Made by a program: the position numbers and the translations under genes
NCBI GenBank assembly: GCA_002633005.1
Contig: NMRA01000010.1
Location: 675,252-739,251, forward strand
Source: Phoronis australis
Taxonomy: Eukaryota; Animalia; Phoronida
Length of the DNA: 64,000 bases
Direction of reading: 5' to 3'
Notes under the pieces: generated by a model
Told to the model about the DNA's origin: nothing
Database searches by the model: none
The model's input: only the letters and a program-made list of their open reading frames with translations
Shown here: positions 1-13,625 of the stretch, piece after piece
Layout of the letters: each line of letters begins with the position of its first letter
Numbering within the stretch: the first letter of the stretch is position 1

Positions 1-3000
1 GTTTCTAAGTCAGAAATATGAAACTGATTCAATTGAGCAAAAAGCGGTATAAAAGTCTTAACGGGGTGAAATACAACTTTAAAAAGATAAAATCTCACCA
101 ATTGAGAACACGAATTGTCGACAAGTGAAATTTTATTTTCTCGTTTTTGCGTCAAAATTATGTAGCACCAAATTAGTGCTTTTCCATGTTAGTGTTACTG
201 ACGACAGACAATGTTTTGAAAAATTGTCGGCCTCCACACGTTCAGTGTTAGAAGCCCTTGGGGAGGGCAATTGGCAGTTGTTTTCATTCAAAGTAGGTGA
301 GATTTCCTTGTATACGTCATCCCCTGTCAATGCTAAAATTGAACTGATGGGTTGTGGATTGGTTCTACATTCTTGTTGATTAGGAGCATGTTGTTAGACG
401 GTGGATATCAGTCAGGTTAATTGAAATTGCAGTGAAAAGTACTCTTGAAACCATTCTCTAGTGTGATGTCTGTTGTCAGATGTTGTTTGCATATAGCGTC
501 ACCTAGTGTTAGCTGTGGGAACTCTGTATAACTGGAGTTAATCCCCAGTGGTTTGTTTCAAGCCAGTTGTTGGATCTGTTGTCAATAATGACTTTGCTCT
601 AGACCGTCAATTTACTGCTTAAATACGGTTTAGCCTCATCATAATATCGAGTCAGCGTTTGCCTATCATTAGCGATCTATTTCTAGCTTGACTTAACAAT
701 TACTTTTTGATTCAATAGTTTTTATTGGGTAGTCAGGATAGAAAAAATGGGTATTATTTGTTGTGACTTGGGTTCATTGAATTAGCTTCTTTCAGTGGTC
801 GCATTCTTTATACCTCTCACTTTGTGTTGACTGCAGTCAAGGTTCATTCTGCCGAGCAGTCACAAATGTTAAGCCATTTTAATGGTAGAATGCATTAATA
901 AAATGAAAGTCCCGAGAGAGACAGACGGCAGACTCGTACTAAATTGTGTGTGTTCAGCAGTTTCCTGTGTGGATGTTTTTGTACGCATTTAGAGCCAACT
1001 TTGTGTTAGTTAAAGTCCCATAATGTGCTGTTTAGCTGGATAAAAACAAAAGGAGGCCTTTTAATCTCATAAAATCAGCGTTATATTATTCCTTTCTGTA
1101 ATAGAAATTTTTCCACGGCCAACTCAAGTCTACATTAATGCGTAAATGCGCCATTTTCGAATTTGTAATTTTAGGGTTGGCCAACCTGAATTAATTTATA
1201 TGTAATTTCTTGAGTCACTGGTGGTTTCAACGGTCTTTTTGATATCCTATCGTGGTAAAGAAAGTTACAAGACCGTTCTATAATAGTAAAAGGTCCAATT
1301 TGATCCTTTTTAAAACTGGACAAAATGGTGTTTTGCAGCGACTTTGGCGAGAATTTTTTCTGAAATCGTCAGCGTAGATTTGAACCTGAAACTAGTGTCA
1401 CAACCACACGCACTGTTGGCTGAACTAAATGCCACTCGCTGTATGGCAGAGTATTTAAGTGTTATTTAATTGGGAATGTCACTGAATAGCAAATGTCTGT
1501 AAGATAAGACCAAAAAGCAAATAATGGCATTTCAAACCTTGCTTATCCTAGTTTTTGTGCCTGTGTGTAGCTTTTATAAAAAAACTTGGCTGAAATTGAT
1601 ATGGAAGGACGGGTTTTTAAGTTGGTGTGCACAAGTTTCATAATGAGTCGGTGTACAGACCAGAACCAACTTTGCTTTTTTAGCCTAAGGGCAACAGTTG
1701 GCAATTTATGATAAAACTGCAAGAACACAAAAGGATTCTTAAGTTTTTTAGCTATGGTCAATGCTAATAACTTAAGAAAGTGTGTACCGCTGAACAGTAA
1801 TCATTAAAAATTGTGTTTTTCTCACATGAAAAGAATAATGTCTCTCTGGTTTTCAATAGTATAATGAACCAAGCCTGTAAGTGTGCCACTAGAAATTGTG
1901 GTTCACCAATGTTAAACGCCTCATTGAATTTCAAAGCCAGAGTGCATGAGCACTTGAAAAAGAATTTGAGAATGTAATTTTTTATTTCTGTCCATCCAAT
2001 CACAGTCACGCTTGTTCTTCAAGTGCTGTCCTATCGCTCTGTGTTGTCTGATAAGAGTGGCATTTCGCAACCTGTTAAATGTCTGGCTGGATTTTTTGCC
2101 ATTTTGGTGAAGGAATGTCTATGGGGTTGTGATTACATCAGAGAGTTGTTACCCTTTAGAGTTCCATTCTATATGCCTTCATCTACTTGCCCTGAAAAAA
2201 TGAAAACTTTAGAATTAGACCAAATATCTTGTATATTACAGTACATTTGGACAAGCTGCTAAGAAATGGTAATAAGTGATTTCAATTTTAGTAGAGTACC
2301 ATATTTGAAAGCAAATTACTGAAAAGTCCTGAATTTATATTTTGACATTTTCTTAAAAAGTATGTAACTTTTCTCTCCCCAGCTACATACCGCCCTGTCT
2401 CCCTCCCAACCTTCCCCCTACCTCTGCACTNGCCTATCCTCCCCCTACCCCTCGCCCCATCCTCCTCCCTCCATCCCTGTTACTAAGCCATAAATTTTCT
2501 ACCTGTTCATGCCCAGACTGTAATGTTACAACTGACCCCTAAGACTATAAAACACCAAACCACAATGTCTATTATGAGCAGCTGTTTGGAGTGATAGGAC
2601 ATTTGAATGATATGACCCGTGGCCTTGACCCTTTCACTCTTTGGTTTTTAGACTGTAATGTGAACTGGTGATAGTCTACTGGGCATCCTTTGTAAAACTG
2701 GGACCAGATTACTTCCTTTGCTTTTAGTTGGAGGCTGAGAACACTACAATTCACATACTGAACTGAGAAACTTGCGTATTATTTGTTTACCTAAATCCAC
2801 ATTTAATTCCAAGTTCTCATGCGTTCAGTTTCTGTTAAAGCAACTGGCTTCTCTAGGTCACTCCTGTCGTCGACTTTGGTAGCTACCGCTCTTGTATTTC
2901 TGGAGATCTGAACACCAATTGAGTTAAACGGGCAAAGAATTCATAAAAAATGCTGTCAGTAAACTCGTCGTGGATTCACTCTCCGGAGCAAATGTGACAG

Positions 3001-3587
3001 TTCACCAGCAGCGGGTTAAAACATCTAAAATCACTGAAAACCTACAATAAATTACCTCTAGTCTTTTTGCCCATTGGGTATACATCACACTATCCCTCCT
3101 GGTCCCGCACAGCTCTCCAGTGGCCTGGGACTCGCTCTACAAAGAGATCAAGAAGCGCGTAGATTTTTCAGCTCCCTGCGAAATATGGTTTGCTTTGTTT
3201 AATGTTTGCCGCGGCATATCAAATAACGCAGTCATTAGCAGTAATATACTCGCTTAATTTGCCGCACAGGAAAAAAAGCGCTATTCTGAGCAGTCACATG
3301 CAAGTAAGAATACTGCTAAAGTAGAACAGCGAGTTTCCGAGTATTTAGGCGGGTTGTTTTGCGGTAATCGTGTGCATGTGAGTGATTGTACTACTTCATT
3401 TGATCTTGGGTTACATTTCTCACCATATGTTGTGATGCTTTATGCGATTGTGCGAGATCAGATTTCTGTCGCATTAGGTGATTTGCTAATGAAAGGAAAT
3501 TAATTTGGATGTTAATTTGGATGTAAGGGTAGTACTTGTTGTTTGTAAAAATTGCTATTTTTTATAAATACCATAAACTGATATAAA

Positions 3588-3597
3588 GGAGAGAGTG

Positions 3598-3629
<32 letters not shown>

Positions 3630-3634
3630 TGTGT
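3588..3634. repeat. compound microsatellite (GA)n(GT)n(GCGT)n
   Basis: Read directly. Similar simple repeats at 26605-26652 (CA/CACG), 38755-38809 (A then TA) and 62922-62948 (TTG). Confidence 0.9.
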
Positions 3635-6600
3635 TCTGGTGCTTGTTGTGATATGCTAGACAACAGACCAATTTGTTGGGCCCTTCACATGAAACTCCCG
3701 CACAAAACTCTTAACATTCACTTATAGATCACTACGTTGCTCATGAGAGTTCTTTCTGGAAAATGTGTAGGCTGAGCATACTAAGTCTAAATATGTTTTC
3801 TTGAGTTGATGAAGCCACTGTAAACTGGTGACAAACTTCACACATTTTTTTTTCTCTTGCAAAGGAGCTTGTATGCTTTCTTATCTTTTGAATTCAAATT
3901 GGTTTTGAATGAACTGCCTGCAATTCGAGATGACCATACTGCCTTGACAGCTGAAACTTATCAGCCATGGCAAAAAAATTAATGGGGCCATTCTGGAACA
4001 ATATTAACAAGCCTAAAATAGTTTCAAATTTGAGTTATCATCAATATGAGACCGATTTAGTATTGTTAAGTGGTCTGAAGTAGTGTTTTCGATTTTGACA
4101 GACAGCACGGGTTTAGTGTCCATTTAAGTGCAGTCACTATAAAGTTCCCGTAAAATGTGCTGACCTGTACAAACTTTGCATGGGGTACCGTTTTTGTATT
4201 GCATCAGATATTATGGTCAACTAAATGTGATGAGGAACATGATTATTATGAGTTATGAGTAAATTGTTGTTTAACCATTGTCGTAGTTCATCATCACCAG
4301 TATAAACTGGGCCCAGGATGTAAACATCACTGTTGATTGACAGGTTTGGTCACATGACAACTGATGACATCATTTGACGTGATATGGCAGATGTTCTTTA
4401 CTGTAATGATTTATCCAGAATATGTTGTTTGTAGGGTTTAGTTAATACAATGTCAAAATTGGCAAGGTTGTGATTTTTTACTGTTTTAGTTTTTGTGTGT
4501 GACTATTTGGAATTGCACAAGTGTTTTAAGTGGGGTATACAGTCAAGTGACTTGTGGTATCAGTCTTCAACAAATGTGGTGTTTTGGGGCTACTGACTCT
4601 GATATGGGTTTCAGTGATAATTCGAAGGTCATTCCGGACGTCAGAGGGTCAATGGGTTGCACTATATTGTGCGCATTTGGGTCTACTCTTTTTAAATAAA
4701 GACTTTTGCAGTCATGTGCGCAATATATAGCAAACCTTCGACTCCCAACTCTTTAGCAAAGTAAGAGTATGAAAGCAACTCCCAGTCTATTGTCGAATTT
4801 TGTTGGCCAAGGTTACGAGGTCTTGGTGGAATTTCTTCTAACAAATTTATTTTCATGAACATCAACTGCCTAAATGTAAAGTGATACTATGGCACCATGA
4901 TGATTGCAAAGAATGAGGAGTGTAGCAAGACTCCTATGTGCTTGACACTTATTGCATTGTGGGTAAATACCTTAGAATGCAAGCGGTGTTGTGCCAGTTC
5001 AGGACGGACCTGTAATAAGTGAAACTAAACAAAAAAGCTCTGTCATAAAGCAATGAATAAAATGCCTAAATAAATGATTTGTTCTATTTAATGTGTTTTG
5101 ATATAATGTCACTGTCCTATTTAAAGCTCTGTTTTTCAATTTTTCCTGAACTGGCAAAAAGTGGAAAAACAAGAAGTAAATAAGTGCATTAAAATAACAA
5201 ATAACAAAATATGTTTCTGGATATAGCAATACAGTTAATAAAAAATATTAATATATGATTTTTTAAATCTTGAAGGTTTTCTCAAAATACAACAAAGAAA
5301 ATAACTGATTTAAATGTAGATTTAGTAATGGAGTGGACGAAAGTGGGAAAGTGACTTGATCTAGGTATTGAATATGTGGATCGATTTGGTTGTCTGGTGT
5401 GTAATCTTTAAGCAATAGCTTGTACTCTGAAATACAATATTTGCTCAGTCAGAATGACCCCAGAATTCCCGTCATGACTAACATTGTTTTTCTCGTATGC
5501 CTTATGTGAAAAAAGTGAACCACAATAATGTTTCTGATTATTTTAATTATTTCGTCTAATTAGGTTTGCATTTTTGTTGATCAATTTACTTGAAAATTTG
5601 TTCAAAAACACCGAAAATATTAACTTGCTATGTAGTGATATAATACTGTGAAAACCATCTGTTTCCCCGAGATGATTGCATGATGTGTCGGCATTCTTCT
5701 GATGTTCTTGTTTTTTTTTCTAGAATTTGTCTGTATGCTGCATTTTTCTATACTTGTAACATCAGTGTGGTAGTATATTTATGTTCAGACTATCTAATTA
5801 TTTTGAGTCATAAATTATTTTTATTGTCATGATAAGAATAGGTCTGGTAGAGATTGTTGTTAAATACAAATAAAAAAGCCAGACGAAAAGCGATGGTGAC
5901 TCAGACATCATAAACCATCGTTCTGATAACTCACGGAAACTTTTGATTTGATAAATGGCATAGGCTACATTTGTGGTCAAAACTATCGATTATTTAAAAA
6001 AAAATGTGCTAAAGTGTTCCATTTATTAAAATGAAAAAGAGCTGTCTAATGCCAAAACAGATGTTGATTACTGCTGTCACTGCTGTGTGAGTCATGTGAC
6101 GTCATGTGACATGTATACCTGAGGCTAGATGTGATTGTGGACAATATGCACCTCACTTTTGAATAGTTAACCCAGTCTACACCAGAAGGTGGTGTAGTAA
6201 AATTGACAGTTTTTGTCAACAAGCTCGCATCATTTCTCATTTATGGTGTCAACCCTGAGATTAGACATGTGTCTTGCAATATAGCTTAGTTTTAGTGTAT
6301 GTTTTATAACATCACCAGGTCTAGTGTCATTGAAGAGGTGAAAAAAGTTTTATTATTTTCAGAAAGATTCATGAATGTTTATCTTTTTAAATTTTATTGG
6401 CCTTGGTTGTTTTGGAAGCTCCATTTGATAAGAGTCTTCTAAACATGAGACCAGAGCACGTGCTGACTTCGCATTGTTGTCAATACAATTTTCATCTCCA
6501 TGGGAGTCCTGTGCAGCTGGACCTTGAGCCACTGCGTCTTTTACCGCACATAAACCAATGGTGAAGTTATAAAAGCACCTTTTACAAAATTCTCGAGCAA

Positions 6601-6688
6601 ATGCTTTGCCTGTAAAGGGTGCAACGAAAACATTGAAATCATGTCATTTGGTTTATTTGTTATCGAACTGTTTTGTTTTTGCTTCCAG

Positions 6689-6785
6689 GGAAGAGGTGAT
6701 AGATATGACCACAGGGGACCAACATATCCTGCCCTACAGGCCTATAGCATCTCTTCTACACAATGGGGTAGTTTCGTTAATATGA
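6689..6785 (+). CDS. GINS4: DNA replication complex GINS subunit 4 (Sld5), terminal coding exon only
   Basis: A polypyrimidine acceptor (ttttgtttttgcttccag) ends at 6688. The phase-2 frame reads EEVIDMTTGDQHILPYRPIASLLHNGVVSLI*, with TGA at 6783-6785. This matches the conserved Sld5 C-terminus (human ...VIDLEKGSQHLIRYKTIAPLVASGAVQLI). The frame differs from the 62-aa ORF listed in the track. No upstream exon was recognised in 1-6688. Confidence 0.85.
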
Positions 6786-8184
6786 GCACTTGGACTTCAA
6801 CGGATGGCATACATGTAATATGGACATAGGGTCCGATTTGTGGCGCTGAGGCTGATTTGTGATAAATTATAAACTTTTGAAATAAGCAGTCTGCGAATTT
6901 TCATAAATTTTGTGAGCAGGGAGAGATCCTTCTGTCAAAAGAGTGCAAAGTACAAGCATTTTTTTTTTCAAAACTTCTGCATTTTAGCTCAATGTCCATA
7001 TCTGGCTAAAAGCTACAACATCCAAAATTTAGAAGGTCTTGCTAATGGTTAGAATCTTCACCGTGTTTTTCAGATGGTGCTTCTGCAAGATGGACCCTTT
7101 GTCCTGATTGGGTGTGTTATAATATGTACCATAAAAGTTTGGGTCAAAAGTACCTGCAAAATTCCTTTTTCTTTCAAAAGCTGTACACTGCTGAAAATGT
7201 TCAAAGTTTTACCAAATGTAGTTTAGTGACCTTTGAACTGTACACCGCAGGCTAATAATTATGTAATGTTTCCCAATTTTGTTATTTTTTGAGACATTTC
7301 ACAAAATGAAATTCCACTGCTTTATCATGTCCTTAAGTGAAGTATTTTTACAGCCTTTGGAGAGTCTGCGGTATTTTTAAAGTCATTACCCCACACAGAA
7401 TTTTTGTACGATATCTCAGAAAGAAAAATCCTCTGTAATTATGTACAGTGGAAAAAGCCACTGAAACATACTTTTAGACTTAAACCACTCATTCCATGGC
7501 AGATTCTACTTCATTTTATCATTTTTTCATGAAAGTTGTGTTGCACCTAATTAAATGGTGTCCATGTTCATGGCTATTGAATGGGAAACTAAAATATTGT
7601 GGGATGTTAAACGGATACTAAACCCTGCTTTGATGATTTCAACCAATCCTCGTTCTGTCACCTGCTAGTGCATCACTGGCGTCAATCTTCAAAGATAAAA
7701 GCATTAATCAACTAAAATCTCTTACCCCTATCTCACAAATTGAACATTATGGTTCTTGGTGGGTGATCTTTTTCCATAGTGACTTGTAATTTGCTTTAAG
7801 TGTAGGTTGCATGCCATTTAGCAGACTTTGAAAGGAGTTTTCTTCAAATTTTCCTGCAAACTTTTGAAGGTTGTCGAGGGTTACAGAGCATTATTTTGTT
7901 CCTGAAAACTGGATGGGAAAGTTGTTTTTAGTATCTGTTAATAGGCCAAATCCGATTTGGTATGCTTGCATTTTGTGCAACTGGTGCACACATTACCAGG
8001 TGAACCCAAATGAATAGGTCATTGATCAGTGTTTTTTGGGGGGGTTAAGTCTAACTTGATGATGTTCACCAGACTAATTTAACTTGCCACATTGCAAGTA
8101 ACCATATGCTTGTATCTATTTTGCATGTACAGCTTAAGAATATGTCAGTAGTTCTGTTTTCTTTCACTGTACAATGGTTTTATG

Positions 8185-8190
8185 AATAAA
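8185..8190 (+). terminator. candidate polyadenylation signal of GINS4
   Basis: AATAAA about 1.4 kb after the stop, followed by a GT/T-rich tract (gagttgttttc). Confidence 0.4.
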
Positions 8191-8862
8191 TACATCAACA
8201 ATTGAGTTGTTTTCAGGTTATCCTTGTTCTGACACAAAGTCACCTTTATGTAAACTAAAATACAATGTAGTTTCTGACTGTATTGACTTCCTCATTTGGA
8301 AACTTACTTGAATTGACTGGCTTGACAGTTGTACAGAATACCTAAAAGATTGTTTTGTCATTATCCTTTTCACAATCAGTTGTTCACAGTTTAAGGTTTG
8401 TAAGAGAAAAGGCTTCAAATGAGAAGTGTAGTAGGAACACAACTGTACAGTGTGCAGCAAGCTCGTGCATAGATTGTCATTTGAATTGTGAGTACATTTG
8501 GGACACCCTGTACAACTGTCCGAATTTTAACAATGTATTTGAGAGTTATTTCAGAAAGTCAAAAATCGTCTAGTGTTTTTCGCTATTTGGGGATCCATGA
8601 CAGAGATTTTCCCAACTTCAGCCTGCAACTAAGTTCACTGAAGCATCATCAATTCTTGCAAGATTAGCTTCTAATTGTCAAAAATCATCTATGAATCCAT
8701 GGATTCTCTTAGAATGGTGTAAATCAGAAACCAACGAATTCGTTGCTTATCAAAACAGTATATTATAGCGATTGCGATTTCCAAGGGCATGCTTGAAGAT
8801 TCTTGGTGGACAACCAGGGGAACATGAGAGACGGGACATCTCGGAAAACGTAAGCAACAATT

Positions 8863-9050
8863 CATGCGCACATCTAAGGGGGCTCGAATGAGCCCCATTA
8901 GTGGCGAAGTGAGCAAAAAGGTTCTCCTCCGAGAAACAAAAAAAGTCCGAGAAAACGAGACAGAAAGCCTCGAAATAGGCGCGAATGCACAATTCACAGC
9001 TCTAAAATGTCGTGCCCCGCTTTTTTAGTCCCCGTATTTTTGTTAGTAAA
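8863..9050. mobile_element. MITE-like element, family A partial copy
   Basis: CATGCGCACATCTAAGGG...GGCGAAGTGAGCAAAAAGG...GAGAAACAAAAAAAGTCCG, homologous to 10480-10729. Confidence 0.7.
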
Positions 9051-10479
9051 ATGTCCTCTTCAAAAATTCCCTCTAAATTTTAGGCTGAGTGCGAGCATGA
9101 AGTCTGTCATGTTTTCCGTTTTGTCCGGTGATATACTGTTTCGATGAAAACCAAAAAAAAAAGAGTGTGACAGGTGACTCCCTTAGTTCTTGCCAGTGAA
9201 TTAATATGCTCTGCAAAAGCTTTGCTTTGCAATTTTTCTCGCATTTTTCGTAATACAAGTATAAATGGCAAGTGCACGTTTTCAAGTGCGTTTAGACGAT
9301 CTATGCTGCAAAAAATGGGCGCCCTAACAACAATGTCCGCTGGCCAGGGCTCTCAAAGCGTAAATCAAGCACTGGTAGTTGACAAATGTTCTCTTGAAGT
9401 TTCTCCCTTGTCCGTTTTTCTCTTTCTCTTTTCTCGGACTGCCCTCAGCCTTGCGCCTATGCCTGTTGCCACTGCTTAACCTTCTAGTGATGCCTGCAAA
9501 TTGTGAGGACATGTGCCCCCCGCTACCTACGGTCATGCATTGAACCCAGAGCGACGTCGAGTGATGCGATGTTGAATAGTCGCTCGTGAGCAATATCATT
9601 TACAAACTCAACAAGAATATCTGCTCTAACCGATCTGATGCCTTCTCGCCCATACAACACAATTACTCTACAAATGTAGAGATGTTATCTCAAGTGGCTA
9701 AGTGGTTTCAATTGGATGTTGGACGGATACCAACAATCTAGTCGCTGTTGTCTGTATTTTTGAAAAAAAATATAAAAACGTTAAACATGAACATAGTTGC
9801 CTGTTGTCCTGAAACTCTGCACTAACTTGCAGGCGACTTAACTAATCTCGCCCGCGCATTTTGGTACAGTAGCTGAGGAGCTGCTGTAAAGTTCTGTCAG
9901 GAACAAAATCCGAAACGCGGCGTTTTTTGGGTATTGCCAGTTTAAACTTTCTATTCCGCAACTCTCAGTGTTCCTGTTTTACACGTCAGGTTTATGAGAA
10001 CATATTAAATCCAATATTGAGTCACTCCGATTCGTCGCATGAAAATGTCAGTGACTGCGTGTCTATGGTGACAGCAATCAGACGGTGTCAGCCATATGAC
10101 CATGTAATCGGAGCGCCGAGCGGGTCATTTCAGGTCACCACAGAGAACTCCATCACAGCGCAGTTGCTGGAATGAAATATCGGAAAACAAAAGCAGTTGC
10201 GATAGTGATGTGCTAGGCTTTCTGTGAATCAATGCGACGATGTAGTCGTGTTGCTTTTATCGAACTGTTACCGTGAACACGTCGTGTTTTTGCAACTTCG
10301 TTACTGACACTAGTGTAGTACACAGACATACTGCACTCAAGCCCTACATATCTCAGAACTACCCACGTTTATTGATCTAAGCGTAAGCATATTATATCCG
10401 CAACCATGTCCACAACATAACATAACATAAAACGATTTCTTTCCCAATGGAAAGTGTGGTGGGACATCAGGTAGTATAG

Positions 10480-10729
10480 CATGCGCGCACCCAGGGTGGG
10501 GGAGGCTTTAAGCCCTCCATTTTGCGAAGTGGGCAAACAGGTCCCGCGCCTCAGAGAAACAAAAAGTCTGGGAAAACGAGACAAAAGTCCACTAAAAAGG
10601 CGCAGCACACAATTCACGGCTCTAAACGGGGTACCCCGTTTTTTTAGTCCTGCTGTTTTGGTAGTGAAAGGTACATATCGTCACCGAAATATTCTAGTCC
10701 CCCCATATTAAAGGCTGGGCGCCCCCATA
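10480..10729. mobile_element. MITE-like element, family A copy
   Basis: Starts CATGCGCGCACCCAGG and ends CTGGGCGCCCCCATA; internal GCGAAGTGGGCAAA..CCTCAGAGAAACAAAAAGTC; inverted relative to 58572-58829. Confidence 0.75.
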
Positions 10730-13619
10730 TAAAGGGTTGCCAACAAGCAACCAATTTTCACAAGCCTTGCCCCACCTTTCCAAAACCGTGTCCGTTTCGT
10801 CGTGTCACGGCCTCGTCCACTGTCACTGGTATGGAAAACTTTGAGACCAGTTGGAGGTCACTGACAATAATAAAGAAGTGAACGATGTTCCTTTAAACAA
10901 ATGAGTACAAATGTAAGAAAATCTGTTTAACATAACAAGTATATAGGAAAAGTGACCGACGACTTGATAGCCTTGATGCCATCTCCAATGAATCTGATTA
11001 CAAGTTTTGATTTCTACGTGATCGCGCGATGATTTGTAAAAGGTGCATCTTTGGCGGACAAACTTGAAAAATGGCGTCAGACAAACTGATGCAGTTTCTT
11101 CGCTCGAGGAGTCAGTACAAAATTTTGCCCCGCAGCTTCGGCTGAGCTACAGATGCAAGAATTTGAGCCGGTAATTTTTTAATGTACCGGTTATGTCAGG
11201 AAAAATACCCTGGACAATGTAATGCCGCTGCCTTGAAAAGTAAATCCACTGACGACTATTTGTTGGAAGCGTTTTGAAAACCTGTATTTTGTATTGCATG
11301 CTTTAGAAAATTTTAATAATTTCTCAAGTTGCAATAACTCAACTACCCTGTTCTCTGAAGTGTTATTTTTTGTTGTTAATCCAGAGTTATCGATCGTGAG
11401 AGTCCGTCTATTAAACAGCACTTAACGTACTAGTAATCGATAGATCAAAACTTGAGTCTCGTTATATATGTTTATAGTACATACACTTCAGGTGACGTAG
11501 GTGTTGAGTCCGAGGGTCCAGCCGTTTCACTAATAACACATTATAACTTCACGACGTTAATTTCACACACACTCCAAATGAATGCTTAATACGAAATGCA
11601 TGCCAAAATTAAATTTACGCCTGGCACCAGAAGTCATCCATATTTTGAAACACAGTTACTTTTCCAATTCATATATTTAGCTTTTTATCCATCAATGCAA
11701 ATTAACCTATGCTTGCAATAACCTTGACCCGAGAAGTAGGCGTGCGCATGCTAAGTCGTCCGATTGGTGAAAATAAGTGATGACCATGTGTCTGACCTTG
11801 CTTTTTTAAAAAGCTAGGTTTATTGGCTTGAATAGAATGCAGACTGCCGCGGACCGTGAATGGTCTACGTGACCACTTGTGGTAAACAAAATACCTGGAT
11901 GTCCAGGCCTTTTACGTATTGCAAAGAGTATTTGGCCATGAAGAATTAACTAAGTGGTTGTATAATGTTTCGGAATCCGTTTTTAAGCCGCCATGAACAG
12001 GGTTTTCATTTAAGACGTTAAAATTTAATATACGCCATCAAAAGTTAATTTACACCACAAATAATTCATTTAGACCGTAAAGAGTTTACTCGTATCGCAA
12101 ATAATTCACTAAGGTTATGAAGAGTTAATTCACACCGTTTAATATTTATTTATGACTTTAAAAGTTAATTTAGGCCGCTAAAAATAATTTACGTCTTAAT
12201 CGGATAAAAGAAAAATTACTACGTTATCGACCACCTATTTATCGCACAGTTTATTGACTCAGTGGACAGTGGTCACTGTTACACTCACAATCGCGGAACA
12301 CGAAACGTCAATATTTAGTCAACGCAGACGTCCAGGTCATTGCCTCATTCATGATTAAAATTCCAGTTGTTTCAAAAGTTTTTCAGTAACAAATAACTGA
12401 GTACATTTTCTCACGAGGACGGATGAACACGTCTCCAAAATTCGCATATTATTTTTTTGCATTTTGAGAATAAATTTTAGATTTTAAATATACTCGTTTC
12501 ATAAAATATTTCCCTGTATTATTGCAGTCGTCGTATTTGAAATTGGTCATCCGAAGTAAGAAAATTTTGTGATACAAAGTTTAATTCTCGGTTGCCTCTT
12601 CTAAGATACTGTTGTGTGCATTTTTACAGCAAAGAAGTTGTTTGAATCAACGTAAATCTAATACACTCTTTTGTCCAGAACAAAGATAACGACTCGATTC
12701 CGTGTATCACTTACGGCGTCTTATTCGCCATACTCGAGATCACCAGCTTGAATATTATGAAAAAAGGGAGATACATAAAAATATATAATGAGTATGCTCC
12801 TATGTTTCGCGCTCAACACGTTCCACTTTGCCGTCTTCTGTTGTTAACGTATTTATCTTCTGTTTATGATGCTTGTAAGCCACTCAAGGCTGGGTTCCGT
12901 TATTTAAAATTGTGCTGATGTTGGTTCGATTGTGGAACATGTCATCAAAATAAAAATATCTAAAATAGTGGTTAATATAAAATAACACAAATAAACAATT
13001 TTATATTACGTGTGGGCCGCATAGCTTCCAAATTCAACCCGAAGTGAGGCGAACTGCACTTTCCCCCTGAGGCTAACTATAGTAACCGGCGTGATTTGGT
13101 GTCTGGCCAAAAATAGCATATCATTGGCTGTTATCCGCGCCTCACTTCGCAAACAATAGGGAGTCGGGGGTCGCCTGTGCAATCGACTTGAATCAACAGC
13201 TGATCTCACACGTGTTACAAACATGTCCATAAACCTGTATTACCTCATACCTTATGTAATAGCCGGTGCAACGGATTCCTGGGATAACAGTATCTTAAAA
13301 GTACAACCTACCGCCTGTACCTAGTTGTTAGCAACTAAAAACGAAATATGAAAAGATACCAGTAACGTCGCAATTACTCTCGCCGAGTATTGAACAGTCT
13401 ACTAAGACAACTCTCTACAGTCAACGTCAAAAAAGAACTATTTAGCCTTGTCACTATTACATCTAGTATTATTTTAAATTGTCATTTTGTTTTATGGTCA
13501 TCGATCGTAGCCCTCTAGAGGACATTAATAGGGTGAAGCGCTCTCTGTAAGAACTCAGAACAGGTGCAAAGAATTTTCCATGTAAAAAAAACAAGCAAAC
13601 GTCGAAACATATTTGTGTT

Positions 13620-13625
13620 TTTATT
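13620..13625 (-). terminator. candidate polyadenylation signal of PPP1R3
   Basis: AATAAA on the minus strand about 1.4 kb downstream of the stop, followed by T/GT-rich sequence. Confidence 0.45.

Noticed and set aside
6641-6829. 62-aa ORF from the track as the real product
   Set aside because: Wrong frame; the frame ending at TGA 6783-6785 matches the Sld5 C-terminus.
11060-11180. Possible first coding exon (AAAATGGCG...CCG|gtaatt)
   Set aside because: The frame hits TGA before the donor and no downstream exons or homology were recognised.
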